A stretch of 64,000 nucleotides of DNA from Octopus bimaculoides. Lineage: Eukaryota. A program made the position numbers and the translations under genes. The notes beneath the pieces were generated by a model. The model was not told the origin of the DNA. It searched no databases and saw only the letters and a list, made by a program, of their open reading frames with translations. This document shows positions 24,602 through 39,737 of the stretch, piece after piece (positions within the stretch are counted from its first letter, which is position 1; each line of letters starts with the position of its first letter). The stretch spans positions 98,718,410 to 98,782,409 of the forward strand of contig NC_068982.1 of NCBI RefSeq assembly GCF_001194135.2. Direction: 5' to 3'.

Positions 24602-27600
24602 AACTCAAAACAGTCCTGATTTTTTATTCCCACTTAAAGCTATTCAACATGCTAATATCTTGAAGAAAGATTTGATTATACAAAATACACCTTTCTCCTT
24701 ATAAATATAGCGGTTTGTCTCTGGTCGAAGGATTTGATGAATCGTAAACTTAAGCTTCTTACGCACTAAGACTACGATCAGGGTTAAAATAAATCTAGTA
24801 ATTTCACTGAGGTATGTATGCACAACTACTATGAAAAAAGGAAAATAAAAATTAATTCTTATAAGAGCTTTGCTGGCACCGAGAAACATCTATTTTGAAA
24901 ATATAAAGTTTCTCATTTAAAATTTACTTGCAGAATTATCAACAGCTTGAAAAAAAAAGATGGTTATTTTTTCCGGTTTATTTTCATCTGTTAGTTGCAG
25001 GAAGGTCAGTATCTACGACCTATTGTAAGTTTGATGAACTCGAAATTTGGTTTGAGCCTAGTAGATTGACATCTAGAGGGGAAAAACCACATGGGCAGGG
25101 CAGAAATTCTAGAGGTCGCAGTTCTGAGTTAGAAACGTTAATGCAATGTCTAGTGCCGGATTTGGAGAGTAGACGATAGTTTAAGAGGGAGATCAGTGCA
25201 CCCAAACTTGAATGAAAAGTGTATACAGATAGCTATTTCAGCAAGATAGAGGGAAGCCATTATTAGTAGCAGTAGAAAAGACACAAAGTAGATACACCGC
25301 ATACGTGAACTAGAGGTTGCTGTAGGTCTTTACTAAACGGCTAAATAGCATTCAATGGATGTAGTCTAGGATATTTGCACGAGAGCAGAAAGATGGTCGC
25401 CAACTGGGCAGAGCTGGAGTATTTACAGAACCTGAAGAGGAATCTTAACCATCGGGGTGGTTTTGACGATGCTAAATACGTGAGGTTGCAATGAGAGATA
25501 GGGGGAGTTTAACATTGCACTTTGTAATTGTGCATTGTATGCAGGAATTCTTGTAGACGACTGTATCCTTGGTATGTGTAGCAGTAAATGTATCACTGGA
25601 TAATATACAAAGACAAGGCTGGCACCGCTACAAACACTAACATAATACTTTGTTCAATCAACAACGACTGTACTCTAAGTCTCTTCCTTGGCAGAGATCA
25701 CAGAAATAGGAAGATGACCAAAACTCAGAGCTCCCAACAGAAACCAACAACTAGAACAACCACATCACCACCTCATAATCAAAATATAATGAAATGACAT
25801 ATTCATAACATTTTCAGTACTACATTCATGAACAAACACGTATACAAGGAAACCCCAACACCACCAAAACATATCAACGCTCCAATATGGCCACAGCCCA
25901 CTAGGTGGAACAAGTAAAAAAAAAAGTAAATAAATGAATGAATAAAACAATTTATAATTCCAAAAGTTTTATTTCAATAATCCCTCGTTTTCTTGCTATA
26001 ACAAATTCTAAAAGGCTTATTTTTGTTTAATGTGCTTGTTTTGTTTCTTGTCTTCTGTTTTATTTTTTGTTTTGTTTTTTTCTTCCTCTTCCATTTTCTA
26101 TACAGAGTAATCAGCTTACATAAATATTATCAACATCATTTATTTACTTTGTAACTGTTAAATATGAGAAAAATATCTACATCCTCTAAGTAGAACAACA
26201 CTATTTCATAACAGGCGTTCTACTTAAATGTAATAAAGTGCTAACAGAGTCATTCAGCGGTTTGAAATAATCGTTCCTCACATTGACGCAAAGGCCACAA
26301 ATTCAAACGGAGGAGAATATATATGATTAAATCAACCCCAATACGTATTTATTACTTATTTTATAGACCCTGGAGTGATTAAAGGCAAAGTTGACTCAGG
26401 CGGGATTTGAACTCAGTCAAGTCATGTAAGTGGATAATACCTGACAGCATTTTGTCTGGTTCTCTATAGATAATGTCATCTACCACCCTTGCCATTTTTC
26501 ATAATAAAAATAATTTCTTAAATTTGGGAGCAGGAACAGCTGGTACTTTCTTTATCAACCTCAGAAGGATGAAAGGTAAAGCTGACCCTGGCAAACTTGA
26601 ACTTGAAAACAACTAAACACCACAAGGCATTTTGTCTGGCACTCTCCTGATTGTCATCATCTGCCTTTGTAATTAATAATAGTATCTAATTAAGTGCATA
26701 GTTTTGCAAAGCAGACAAGAATCATCTTACTCATTGCACAATGCCTCACCTGCACAGGACTATGGACACATTAGCTGATACAGGAAACTAGCATCTTTAT
26801 CCACTTTGCCATAGCACTCTCCAGAAACAACAACAACAACAATAATGACAATAATAATAATATCTGGATTTGGTGAGAGAAATTATAAAAATTTGGGTAA
26901 ATGCATGTAAATGTTATTCTTTTTGTGAAAGAAATATTGAAAGCAATACCAAAAACTAAAATAGCTGACATTTCTTTTTTTCATTTTACAGTCCTTCAGA
27001 GCACACCTGATGTCACTAAACCTCAAACACATGCATCTATCATGTGATCAACATGGAATTAATGATGATGATTACTAGTAGTAGTAGTAGTAGTAGTAGT
27101 AGTTTCACTCCAGTAGAATTATTTAGTTAAGAAATAAACTTAGCAAAGAGAGAATGTTTCCATGACTACACCATGTCTGGGTTCATTATTTTTGTGTCAA
27201 TCATTATTAATTAATCAAATAAATAAATAGATAAACAGCCAAACATAACAACAGATGTCTGTTAAAATTTAATTAGTGAATTAAGTATAGAAAAAGGAAC
27301 AAAAATACAAAAACAAACCATAACAGAGTACTCCCCTGAAAACTCATTAAGGTTTTACCCCACCCCTCAAACAAAAGGAAAAAAATATTACAATATTCCC
27401 CTGAAAAGAATGATATTGGATTTTTAAAAAAAACATGAAAAACAAATTTGGTCTCATACCATGGACACCACAGTGTTTCTGTGATATCTATCACATTTTA
27501 CAGATATTTTGTTAAATAACATAAATATAATGCTTCTTTGTATCTGTTATATATTCCCCTTTGAATAGAAAAATGAAAGGATTTTTTTTTCTTTTGTACC

Positions 27601-30600
27601 CACACTGCATTAACCCACAGCAGCTACAGGAAATTAAAACTACTTCAAGAAATACCAGACTCTCTATCATCATATATATGTATAAACAAACACACATATA
27701 CACATGTATATATACTTGTGTGTGTGTATGTATATATGTATATATATATAATATATACACACACATATACACATGTATATATATACTTATGTATATACAC
27801 ACATGCATAAATATTTACACACATATTTATATATACAGATGCATACACATGCGCATATGTGCGTGCATGTGCATGTGTGTGTGTGAACAGAAAGATACAC
27901 ATATATCATCTCACTTTGAGAAAGAAGAAGTCTGAAAAAATAAATAAAGACAGACAGGAGGCCATATATTTCAGTTAATCAGAAATATCTAAATCTTAAA
28001 CTACTAGTTATTTTATTAACTCAAAAGGGTAAAAGGCAAAGCCAATCTCATAGGGATTTGAACTCGGAAAAGTAAAGGAACATCACCAAGGAACTTTGTT
28101 CAATGCTCTGCCAATTCTGCCATCCACCGCCTTACTAGTTATAAGAAACAGAAGAAAAATGCACAAAAATGAAAATCAGAGAAATGGGAGAAAGAGAGGG
28201 AGTGACTGATAAAAGCAAATCAGTCTTGAAGACTGAGAAGGTAAACGTCTTCAAAAGACAAACATGTTAAGAGGAATCAAAGTTGTGAGGAGAAACCAAA
28301 ATAAATAAAATAAGAGAACGTGAAAGGTGACAGTGCTAAATTAGAGGGGAAACAATAGAAGACTGATGTTATTTCAAGACTGCCAGTAATCTTACATGAA
28401 GGTTCCAAACAAACAGTAACTGAGATGAAATGGAATGCATTGTTATATCCCAAGATTACTTTGCAGGAGGAATATGAAAGGCATGGCTTTCGTAACATAA
28501 AGATCAGCATCAAGACACAAATCTCTGGTGATTCTCTCATCAATGGAAACGTTACAGTATTTTCAGACCACACTGAGATGGTATTTAAGTTACCTTACCC
28601 AAGCTTCAAAGAAAATATGTAGTCAATACTGCAGTTAATTAAATAATTATGCATACACTTGAAGCTGTACAGATCTTTAGATAACTATAACTGGACAACC
28701 TGTCCACCACAACAAGTGTTAACTGCCTTGTCAATGGACATTTGACAAAATGTGAAGAAAATATCAACCAATCAGCTGAAAGTTCATTACCATATCAACT
28801 AAACCAACTCTGCAAACATTTTCCACAAGAAATAGCATCTTACATAAAATATATCAGAGATTTGTTGATATTTCATGAAAATTCGATCACACTACCATGT
28901 GTATTGATGAAGACAGTAACAGGCAACCTTGAAATAATCATAATAGTGAGTACCTTCACTTAGGTCTTATTTTTGTCAAATTTCTTAATTATTTTGGGAT
29001 TATATTCAAAGAAACAAAACTGGACATAATCAAGATTTTTATACATTCTAATAACAAAAGGACTTTAAAATAAATTTATATCAATTATATAAAATGAAAA
29101 TTTCATCATCATCATCATTATTTTCTCAAGTTTCACTACCATTTCACCTGGTAAATAATATTAGTGGTTTCCTTCATTTGAGTTTGTATTGCATTTGTTG
29201 ATGCTTGAACTAAAAATGCCACATGTACAAAATGAGTTTAAAGTTGTTCCTTAAATTTTCTCATACACTTTTATTCACCAACAAGTATGGAGTTAATCTT
29301 TTATTCATTGTCTAGTTTCAGTCATTAAACTGACCATTCTGGGGCACCACTTTCAAGGGTATATAGTTGAATACACTGACACCAGTGCAAGAACATTACT
29401 TCATCAACCTCAAAAAAGTGAAAGACAAAAGTAACCAAGAGAAAAATATGAATTTCCATGTCCTTATGCATGGGATTATGCCAACCTTCTCTGTATTATT
29501 CAAATTTTAGAATAATGTACAGTCAAAGTTATCATATATACAAACAGATTATCAAGAACATATTAAAAGAGAACACTCATAAAGATGCTCGCTTTTAAAA
29601 ACCAAAACATGTGTGAGAGTCAAATAAAGGTAAACACATAAAGCTTATGTGTACCTCCATTATTAGGAATTTATAATGTGATATAAAGATGGGCAAATTT
29701 ATAATGAAGATTCTTCACAATGAATAAAGAGAATAATATAATTTCAGTTTATAGAATATAGACCTTGGCAAAATACTGTTAAACAAGAAAGAGAGAGAGA
29801 AAATATAAGAAGGTAGAGGAAGAAGATAAACGGACAATAAGGCAGAGTTTGGGACAATCAATGACAGAATTTTATCTCTCTTTTATCAAATCAGATAATT
29901 GCAACATTTCCCCTACTGCACATGTGTTATGCAGGTCTATTTGGATAACAGAACCACTGGAGTGTGTGTGTGTGTGTGTGACAAAACTTTAAATGTGTAT
30001 GTTTTTATGTAAATACGTACAAGTAAAATATACAATTCTAGAAAGTGGGAACCATGCCGTTTAAATACTGAGGCATTTATGCTAAGAAACCAAATAATAA
30101 ACAAAACAACCAAATAATTTGCATGAAAAATGAGAAACTGTACTGCTGACACCTTTTCCAAAAGCATTAACAATAAAAGTGTGAGTCAGATTTCAATTGA
30201 GAGTCAAAAAACAAGTGTGACTTGGTTTGCTAAGAACTACTGCCACAATTTTCTCCCAACTAGAAAAACACCCTGTTCACTTCACTGAACCATATCCACA
30301 CTAGTCTTGTTTCTAATCAAACTTGCAAGGATGAGAGTAAATGTTGACTTCAAAAAGATGTGAACAGAGAACAGTGAGGTGCCAATGCAAAGCACACATA
30401 AAACTATCTTATCATTGTTTCCAGCAAAGCTAATGGGGTGGAACATCACATATACCTTTTACCAGTTGTACATACTGTTTATAAATGGTTATGTTTGAAA
30501 CTGCTTTGACTAAAGATCACAACAGCAAGGCAGTAAACCAGGTAGCATAAAGCATCAAAAGTGGCTCTTGACAGACTGTACTGCTACCACTGCTAATATA

Positions 30601-30654
30601 ATTGTAAGAGCNNNNNNNNNNNNNNNNNNNNNNNNNNNNNNNNNNNNNNNAAAA

Positions 30655-30696
<42 letters not shown>

Positions 30697-31129
30697 ATAA
30701 AATTTCCTCTTGTAACTTTGGTTTTCTTTTCAAGAATTAGGAATGTTCTAGTCAGGTCTCTCAACAGAAATATTCTGCTGCAAATTAAAAAAAAAATAAT
30801 TACTGTAGGAAAAAGTAAGTATGTGTATTTATTTTTATAGTAGTCTGTCTACTTGTTATGTTTGTATGTCTATGTGTGACCTCCTGTAGATTGCAGTAAT
30901 GATAACATGAGAAACTAACTGTATGATAAGCAATGTTTCAGATTCATAATTCACCACACACACACACAACATTGTTCACTTTCACAAGCATGTATACAAC
31001 ACTCTTATGCTTTCTGACCTCATGAAAACCAACAAAACTGTGTGTGTGTGTGTGTGTATGTGTGTGCATGCATGCATGCGTGTGTGCGTACATGCGTGTA
31101 TGCGCACGAATATATATATGATGGCTGGA

Positions 31130-31330
31130 AGTCAGTTTCAAGTAATGCTATCACCTGCATCTGATTGGTCTCTTGAACACGAGTAGCATGGGTGTGGCTA
31201 ATCAAGCCTGATAGGGACTTACACTCTTTTGCACAGATGTGGCAATGATGTGGTAATAGTACAGTACTGTTTTGGTGAATGACACACATTTTTTCCACAC
31301 TCCCTGCAAGAAGAGATGCTGTATAATGCA
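31130..31330 (-). mobile_element. RTE-type LINE 3' end with C-terminal zinc-finger remnant
   Basis: HHCHICAKECKSLSGLISH matches the CxxCxxxCxSxxGLxSH motif at the end of RTE ORFs. Confidence 0.7.
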
Positions 31331-31596
31331 CACTTAACAACAACCCTGTGTGTGTGGCTTCTCTGGTGATATATATACACACACATACATACACACAGGC
31401 ATACACACACACACACACTGGCATACACACAAACAGGTGGCTCTGTCAAAGCTAACAAACCGAAAACATCCAGATAATTGTATCAGTTACAAAAACTTCC
31501 TATAAAGAACCTAATTAGAAATTGAAGACCAAAAAAAAAAAAAACATGAAAAAGAAATATTGGGGCAGCTGCACATTGCAGGTGAAAATAGTAATG

Positions 31597-31640
<44 letters not shown>

Positions 31641-31781
31641 TTTAGTTGCCTAACTTGTAAATTTTCCAGCTGCTTAGTATAGAAGCCAACTATATTCTGC
31701 AATATAGATATACCCTAAAATACCCTGTTATGTGTAATATAGATAGATATACCCAAGGTAGCATGTAGACTTCCACACAGC

Positions 31782-31824
31782 TCACTTCTGTGTTAGTTCA
31801 CTAGACTCTGTTGTAGCAAGCTCC
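31782..31824 (-). CDS. PDXDC1: PDXDC1 probable last coding exon (G)[13 protein letters not shown]
   Basis: Very strong acceptor (T13 run then gtcctttcag); phase 2 matches the preceding donor; TGA at 31782-31784; composition continues the T/S/E tail. Confidence 0.75.
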
Positions 31825-34800
31825 CTGAAAGGACAAAAAAAAAAAAAGAAAACATTCAATCATAAAGAATAACATGCAGAATTTTCAAAAGACATATTCT
31901 AGTTTGGTGTTGACAACTACTGTTTTCTTTATTTCGAACTTATATTTCAATTTCTGTCAGATAATGTTTTCTATTCATTTACCCTATGATACTCAGACAT
32001 ACATACCTGGTGAAAGTTTTCTTGTTTTATTTGTACATATGAAAGTCACAGCTGGTTGACTCAGTCCAGTGTCAGATTACTGAACAACAGTTTTTGCCAT
32101 ATAACATCTCAGATAAAGAAAACTCAAATTCAAGGAGCTATAAATAACTGCCAAAGACAGGTACAATTGATAACAGAGTCACCATAAAACTGGTCAGTGT
32201 TTTGTTATTATTTGGCAGTATTTAACTCTAATTTCTTCACGAGAACCAACAATAAGAAAACTACACTTTGACTCTTCCCATTAGTCACTACATGAACATG
32301 AAATTCTTCAACCCTATGCATTACAGAACAATGTTTTTATAGTATATGAATATTTTTGTGTCTGCTCATCATTAATAAATCAATCGTGAAATATACTCAA
32401 GTAGTCTAACATATGTACTGTATCTAGTTGTATTCCACATAATAGCTGCAGGGTTGTAAAATTTAAAATCTTGATTTTCTGGTTACAAATCTAGCACCTA
32501 TTAGGAAAAGCAACCAAAACTCCTGCAAATCACAACCTACTATTTTACACAAGGCATGAGATACTGAATAATGCAGTCACAGAAGCATCATGTTGGGAAT
32601 ACCTTTGATCAACAATAGGTCAACTCAATTAGGGCAGGCCTGAGGCTAAGCTACAATTAAAAAAAATCACAATTTTGTTAAATCTAGCTCTTACTTTTTG
32701 AGCTCTACTAACACAGTAATGAGTTCAACTAATACTGGAACAAGAAATCAAAAGCATTTCTAGTAAACTCAATATTACAAAGGAGGATTCCAGCACATGG
32801 GCATCTGTGGATACCCCAGAGAGAGTTATAAAAAAGAAAACTGACTTTATATTTACTGAATGAGACATTAAAAGATGATGATGATAATGATGGTGATGCA
32901 CGAGAGGTACAAAGAGAGAAAGAGAGCTATTATATATAAAAATCCTCCAGTTTGGATACATTAAATATTTAAATTGTAGGTCATGATTTCTGCAATAAAT
33001 GCAATTTGTTTTTCGTTGCTATCATTAATTTCTTTTTTTCTAAGATAATATTCAATATTCAGGATAGAAGGCATTTATCTCAATAAAAGATGTGCCAGTC
33101 TCATTAATAGCATCATCGTACATGCAAGGGGCCATGGAAAGATTCATGCAAGGAATATCCTTGCAAGAGCATATCTGAAAATGAGGTAATTTGAGAACAG
33201 AGCAAAGTGAATGAAATGATCATAGAATACAAAAAGCAAAATTTCCACTGGACCAGATATGTTACAAGGTTCACAGACAATAGGTGGACCTGTGAAGATG
33301 CCAAAGTAGTATCCAAGGCATTAGAAAAAGGTCATTCAGAAAGCTTTTACAATGATGAGAAGATGGCTTAGTTAAACAATTTAGGCAAAGATAGAAAAGA
33401 AGGCTCAGTAAAGAAAGAACTGGAAGTACATAGACCATCCAGTAGTCTGGTCAATACATTAAAACACCAAGAAGTAACTATATTATAGTTACATTATATA
33501 TCAAATTTTGTTAAATCCTAGTGTTACATGTAATTTTTTTTAAATGACAAGCAAAAATGAATACCAGACGGTTATGCAATAACAAATTGCTAAATACACC
33601 GACATGAAGCATCTAAGTTTGATTCTGTCAATGTTCTGTACCAGGCTGACTTCAACCCAAGAAAAGACAGAACACAGTCATTGCCACCTAAACATTCTCA
33701 TAAAACTCACCCTTCAGTAGTAGTAATTTGTTCTGATGCTGTATTTACAATGGGATTTTCTTCTGAAGTCGTCTCAGCACCAGGTGAAGGAATATTTTGT
33801 ACACTATTTCCTGACTCTTCCTCTGTAGCTTTACTAGCTGCCGCATCATCATCTTTATCATCACTGACAGATTGTTCATGTTTGTCACTAGCACCATCTT
33901 CCAATGTGGTGTCATGGGTGCTATCGACATGCTGCGTTGTCACATGTAACTGTACAGCCATCTCATTCGCATCAGGTGACGGCAATGATGATGCATTCTT
34001 AGCATTATCACTGTCTTCCTGGATCTGCATATGATATTTATATGTTGTTTCTGTAGAAATTATCCGCCCTGTGACAAAGAGAGAACAGAAAGTTTGTAAA
34101 GGTCATAATATAGTGGGCAGTCACACAAGGATAATGATAAAGCAAAAATATTCGTGTAATTTTTCATACATGAATTAAAATGAGCCACCAGCAACACATT
34201 AGTAATTAGCATTTTATAAAGTAAAAAGCTTTGAAATTATTATCCATCTTAATTAGTGAGTGAGGCCATTCTAAAAAATGACATAGCTAACATGAAATAT
34301 GTGGGTATTGCTGAGAAAAGGCTGATAAAGAAAATATATCTATAGAAATGAGTCCAGAGGAAATAGAATACTATCGATGACAGATCTTGAGAGATGTTGA
34401 CGGCTACAACAAAAGATTTTAGAAAGAAGAGAAGGCATAGATTTTGAAGTGTCAAAGAAATGAAAGTTGGTGACAACTTGGGAAAAGATAGTCGCTGTTA
34501 GATATATTCACAAATTCACATAAAAATGATCAAAAGATGAGACTAAACTATTGAAACTTCTTGTGTAATGTGATGGAAGCTTCTCCTATTCCCAAAGGTA
34601 GCATATGTTAGCAAGATCATATACGACAGTTCAAACAAATAGTTCTATCTGTATGATAGTAGAGTTTGGCTAATCTAAATGTTACAGAGCCAAAGAGACT
34701 GTGAGGGAGATGAAAATCTCTTTATTGAGGTAAACTTTTATAAAGATAAGCATTCCACAGAAAATATCTGTGATAACCAGGACAGTAACGAAACTTTGTG

Positions 34801-37001
34801 GTGATGATGATGATGATGATGGTGACAATGATGACAACGACAGTGGTCAGAGTCACAATAACATAAAAGATAATTTCACAGCAAAATTAATCTTGTTAAC
34901 TACTCAAATGGCAATATATGTACACATCTATGCAAGTGGTATGTGTAAAAACAATATATACCTGAACTTAAATCAAAGGTCCTTCCCTTGAGTACTTCTT
35001 TTGGTGGAGGGGACCACCAATTCAGAAGGGAACCCACTAAAGGCACTTGTCGAAGGAGACCCTGAAACATATAATAAAAGTTTTATTTTTGCTTTTAATC
35101 AAACATTATTTCAATCAAGAAAATTATGGATATCTCTATCCCTGTGCGTGCGTGCCTGTGTTTGTCTGTCTGTCTGTCTCTCTCTCTTTCTCTCAAATGT
35201 TCCCGATTGAAATGATGTTGGAATAAATAAAAAAAAAAGCTCCAAGAAGACCCATCGACCACAGCAGAAATGATATTACATCCTACAACATCCTGGGGGG
35301 GGGGGGGTCTCTGCTACACCTCCATTCTCTCTGCCTTGTCAAACATTTCCCCCACATCTCAATCCTTAACCCTCCTCATGTCTATCTTTGATACTACTCA
35401 GCTGTTCTATTCACCTGAGAGCAGAAGAGATACATACTACATCCCCTGCCTTTTGGTTACCTTCCTCCTCTTCCCAACCAGAACCACTTCCATTTCTCAT
35501 TATCTTCCTATCTTCCTTGCCCAATATTTCCACCAATCACCTACTTTTTATGCACTCAGCCATTGCGCTAGCTCTCTCTCTCTCTATCTATCTATCAATC
35601 CATCTATCTAACTCTCTCTTTCTTTTCTCACTGAGCGCCAAGTATCTCCCCTATTATATTTTTTAAACTTCTTGTCAATTGGCATTGCTCCACCTCTCTC
35701 AATACCACTCTCCCTACCAGTCTAGAGGTCTTTGTCTTGCAAGTTACTTGGAGACCTTGCTAGTGCTGATGCTGAATAGAAAGCACTCAGTACACTATGT
35801 TATGTGGTTGGCATTAGGGAGGGCATCTAGTCATAGAAACAATGCCAAAGCAGACAAAGCAGCTTGGTGCTGTTCTTGGGCTTACCGGCTTCAGTCAAAC
35901 CATCCAACCCAAGCCAGTATGAAAAACAGACATTAAATTATAATGATGATGACAAGTACATATACAGGGTGTGATGGGTAAATTGACACCATTTTATATT
36001 TTTTTATTTCGCACATGCATGTTGTTTGTTTTTGCTTTTGTCAACTAAACAATATAGTATGGTCAGTTGGGCACCATCTGTAAGAAAAGCAGAACCGTGA
36101 CACAATTCACTCTGCCAGAAAATTGGAAACGACATGCTGCACTGCTCAGCATTTGCACCAGAAGCTCCGATATGAACTGAGGACATGTACCAAGAGTGAT
36201 AAAAATCAAACGTCCAGCCAACATGATGGTGTTTGGAGTGATCACTAGTAATGGCGACATTATGCCTCCATTCATTTTCCCACACGGCTTCAGACTCAAT
36301 ACGGAGGCCTACATCAAGTGCCTGGAGGAGGTAGTGCTGCCCTGGTTCAAGAGGGTGGCTACTGGAAGACTCTATGTCTGGCAACAGGACTCTACATCAT
36401 GTCACACAAGCAGGAGAACCCAGTCATGGCTGGCAGACAATTTCTGCGACCACATCACCCTTAACATCTGGCCGCTTAACTCCCCAGACTGTAACCTACT
36501 TGATAATTAAGTGTAGGGTGCAGTTGAGCAAGAGACCAACAAAACTCCTTGAAACACCAAAGATGAACTGAAGGCAAAGATTACAACAGCATACACCAAC
36601 TCAAACAAGGAAACCATCCAGAAGAGTTGCAGGAGATTCCAAAGCCACCTGGATGCCGTGGTTGAAGCCAATGGCAATTTTATTGAATATATTTACTCTT
36701 TAGAGATGTCAGTGTTATTTTCATTTTTGAGTAATTTAAACAACAGTTTATTCACCAAACCCTGTTCAATTGTTGTATGTACAAATTTGGCTAAATGCTT
36801 TTTTTTCAATATCTATTTTTGCTTGCAATAGCCAGTTCTTTTGATCAAATAATTGTATCTCCAGCTGCTTCAGATGCCAAGATATCAAAAATTGTGTAGT
36901 AAAACAGTTTTGCTATGGAGTGGTGAAACTATTTTTTCGTTCTCTGAGAAAGCAACATTTTGGACTTACAACACTTTTGCATAATAGTACCGATATCTAT
37001 A

Positions 37002-37047
<46 letters not shown>

Positions 37048-39700
37048 TAAGAAGGGCATCCAGCTGTAGAAACGCTGCCAAATCAGATTGGAGCCTGGTG
37101 TAGCCATCTGGTTCACTAATCCTCAGTCAATCGTCCAACCCATGCTAGCATGGAAGGCAGATGTTAAATGATGATGATGATGATGATGATGACACATCAT
37201 TATCATCAAAATAATACTGTAAAGTTCATATAGCGTCCAAAAAGTTGTGCCACATATTCAGATTACAGAACCTATCATAATACAGGAATTTCATTAAAAA
37301 ACATTTCCAAGCCAAACAATTAACCAAATTTTCAGATGAATAAACCATATTGTATAAACAAATGTTACAGAGGTATTCCTTTTTAAAAGGAAGTATGTCT
37401 CTATAATCTTTGTACATTTTTAAATGTTTTTGTCTTATTTGTAATTAAGAGCTTATCCATTAGGGCGACTAGATCAGGTGCAATATCCCATACAGTTTAT
37501 AGTTCAGTTCTTTTATGAATACAACAGCTGTCTCTTTACTGGCACTAATTTACCAGTTTCTCACTATCACCTTTGATGTCCCCAAAGTTTGGCTTTTTGT
37601 GTGTCATGCTCTCCTTAGAGACATTAACAACTTACTGATTATCATCTCCAACAATCTCCTATCATGGAAACATACTGTACTCCTAATTTCTCCCCTAAAC
37701 ATAAGCAGCATCTATCAAAAACACCAAAGGTCTCACCATCACTAAGTATTTCTCTTCACAAATGCACCTCCTCAACATAGCAAAGACTGCATCACAAAGA
37801 CAAAGGCTTCCTCTTCAAGTCCAGAAAATACTTTATCCTCCAACTTCTAACCTTCTGCAAAGCTCAAAGGAAACCCATAGTGGAGTACTGTTCCCATACC
37901 TGGAATACTACTACTGCTGCTACTGCATATACAAACATTCTAGACCCATATAAAGGAAGACAACTTGATTGATTCACATAAAGTCACTTACCAAAACATT
38001 CCAACCTTTAGACACAGATGGATTGTTTTCTCTTTGCCTCTTTTAACATTACTACAGTGTGCTCTGCTCCTCAAACTCCAGTGAGGCACACTCGACTCAC
38101 TTGATGCTCCCCCTTCATTTTGTCACCTCAATTATGTCACCCCCACATGGCGCCATACTAATCACTACATCTATTTCTTCCTCAAGAATGTCAAAATCTC
38201 AGGAATGCCTTCCAAGCCCATGTTTTATCTTGCAGCTGTCAATTTGCACTTCAAGAGGAACACCGACATCAATTTATCTAATAATGGAGGGCCTGTGAAA
38301 GCCAAAGGGTACAGTTCAAACCAATAGAGAAAAAAATTGTGCAGTATGTCAGCTGTAAGCATCTTATCTTTCTTGTGATAATGCTACTCTAAGAACTAGA
38401 ACAAGTTGGAAGACTGAAAACCAGAAAATATGAATATTCTAAAAAAAAATGTACTAGAACATGTAGACAATAGTAACATTAAGCAAACACAATTTAATTT
38501 CAGAAGAACTAGTTAAACTTCTAAGGAATCATTACAACAACTTACTTCTTGTATAATACGTTCATGGTTTTCTCGTTGAAGATCTTTGCTAGCTTCTTCT
38601 ATTCCTTTTAAGATCCTTTCAGACATTGTTTCGAGAAACTAAAACAGAAAAAAAAAACACAAAGTTTGACCTTAATTTCAAATATTTTCGTTCCAATAGC
38701 TTTAGTGTCATGTTTTGATTATTTTTATATGAATATGTAAACTATACATAACATCATTGGTATTATAAATGTTAAAGGTTTTAACCATCTTTACTCAAAT
38801 AGTTACCATCTTTCCTTTCTTTAATATTCCTTCAAATCTATAATCCATCCCTTCCCAAAATCTTGTTACAGTTATAAACATATCTCAAGATCAGACCTCC
38901 ATAGTATTCTGTTTGCTTTTAACACATTTCTGTATATGCATTTTCTTTATTAGTCTTCTCTCAGCAACTGTTTTTACTTTGTTATAGAGTCACTATGATA
39001 AGCTTGAACCAAAACCACATAAGGCATTGAGAAAGAACAGTTAATTGCATCTTTTGTTTTAATGAGTTCACAGCCGCCATAAATAACATTATGTTAGATA
39101 TGATCTTCAATTAGGCACATCAATATATTACTGTTCTCATAAGAAACAAAGAAGACTGTAAAATGGAATTAATCAGCTGTCAGTCAGTAACCATGAAGTG
39201 ATAAAGAGACCACTCCTATAAATATCACCAGATATCAACTGGACTGGCTCACATCATATAGAGTGCTCTACTTCAGATGGACTAGTGTACATTATACCAA
39301 TATAGAGTACTTGAGAGGAAACAAATATCAGTCTGTAGATGATATCTAATAACTGTTTCCATCATAGGCACACAGTCATAATTTGGGAGGAGAGGTTAGT
39401 CAAATCAACCTAGCATACAACTAGTAGTTTATTTCATCAACCCCAAAATGATGAAAAGCAAAAGTCACCTTGGTGGAATTTGAACTCAGAAGATAAAGAA
39501 GAAATACTGCAAGGCACATTGATGTTCTAATAATCTGCTACCATTGGATATCTAATAATACTAGCCTTGCCTTAAGTTGGGACCTCAATTCTTTGATGGA
39601 GTTAGAGGTACACTGTCTTAGGTGACAAATCATGGGCATTTCTAGAACAGACAGAGACCATCCCTCCCTAAGCCTGGCTACAGGCAATTTGTGTGCATGT

Positions 39701-39737
<37 letters not shown>

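Noticed and set aside
25150-25700. Possible minus-strand CR1 remnant
   Set aside because: Only scattered weak motifs; too decayed to delimit.
28381-28622. Open plus-strand frame LPVILHEGSKQTVTEMKWNALLYPKITLQEEYERHG...
   Set aside because: Faint resemblance to a LINE APE endonuclease N-terminus and no partner exons found; cannot be supported as a gene.
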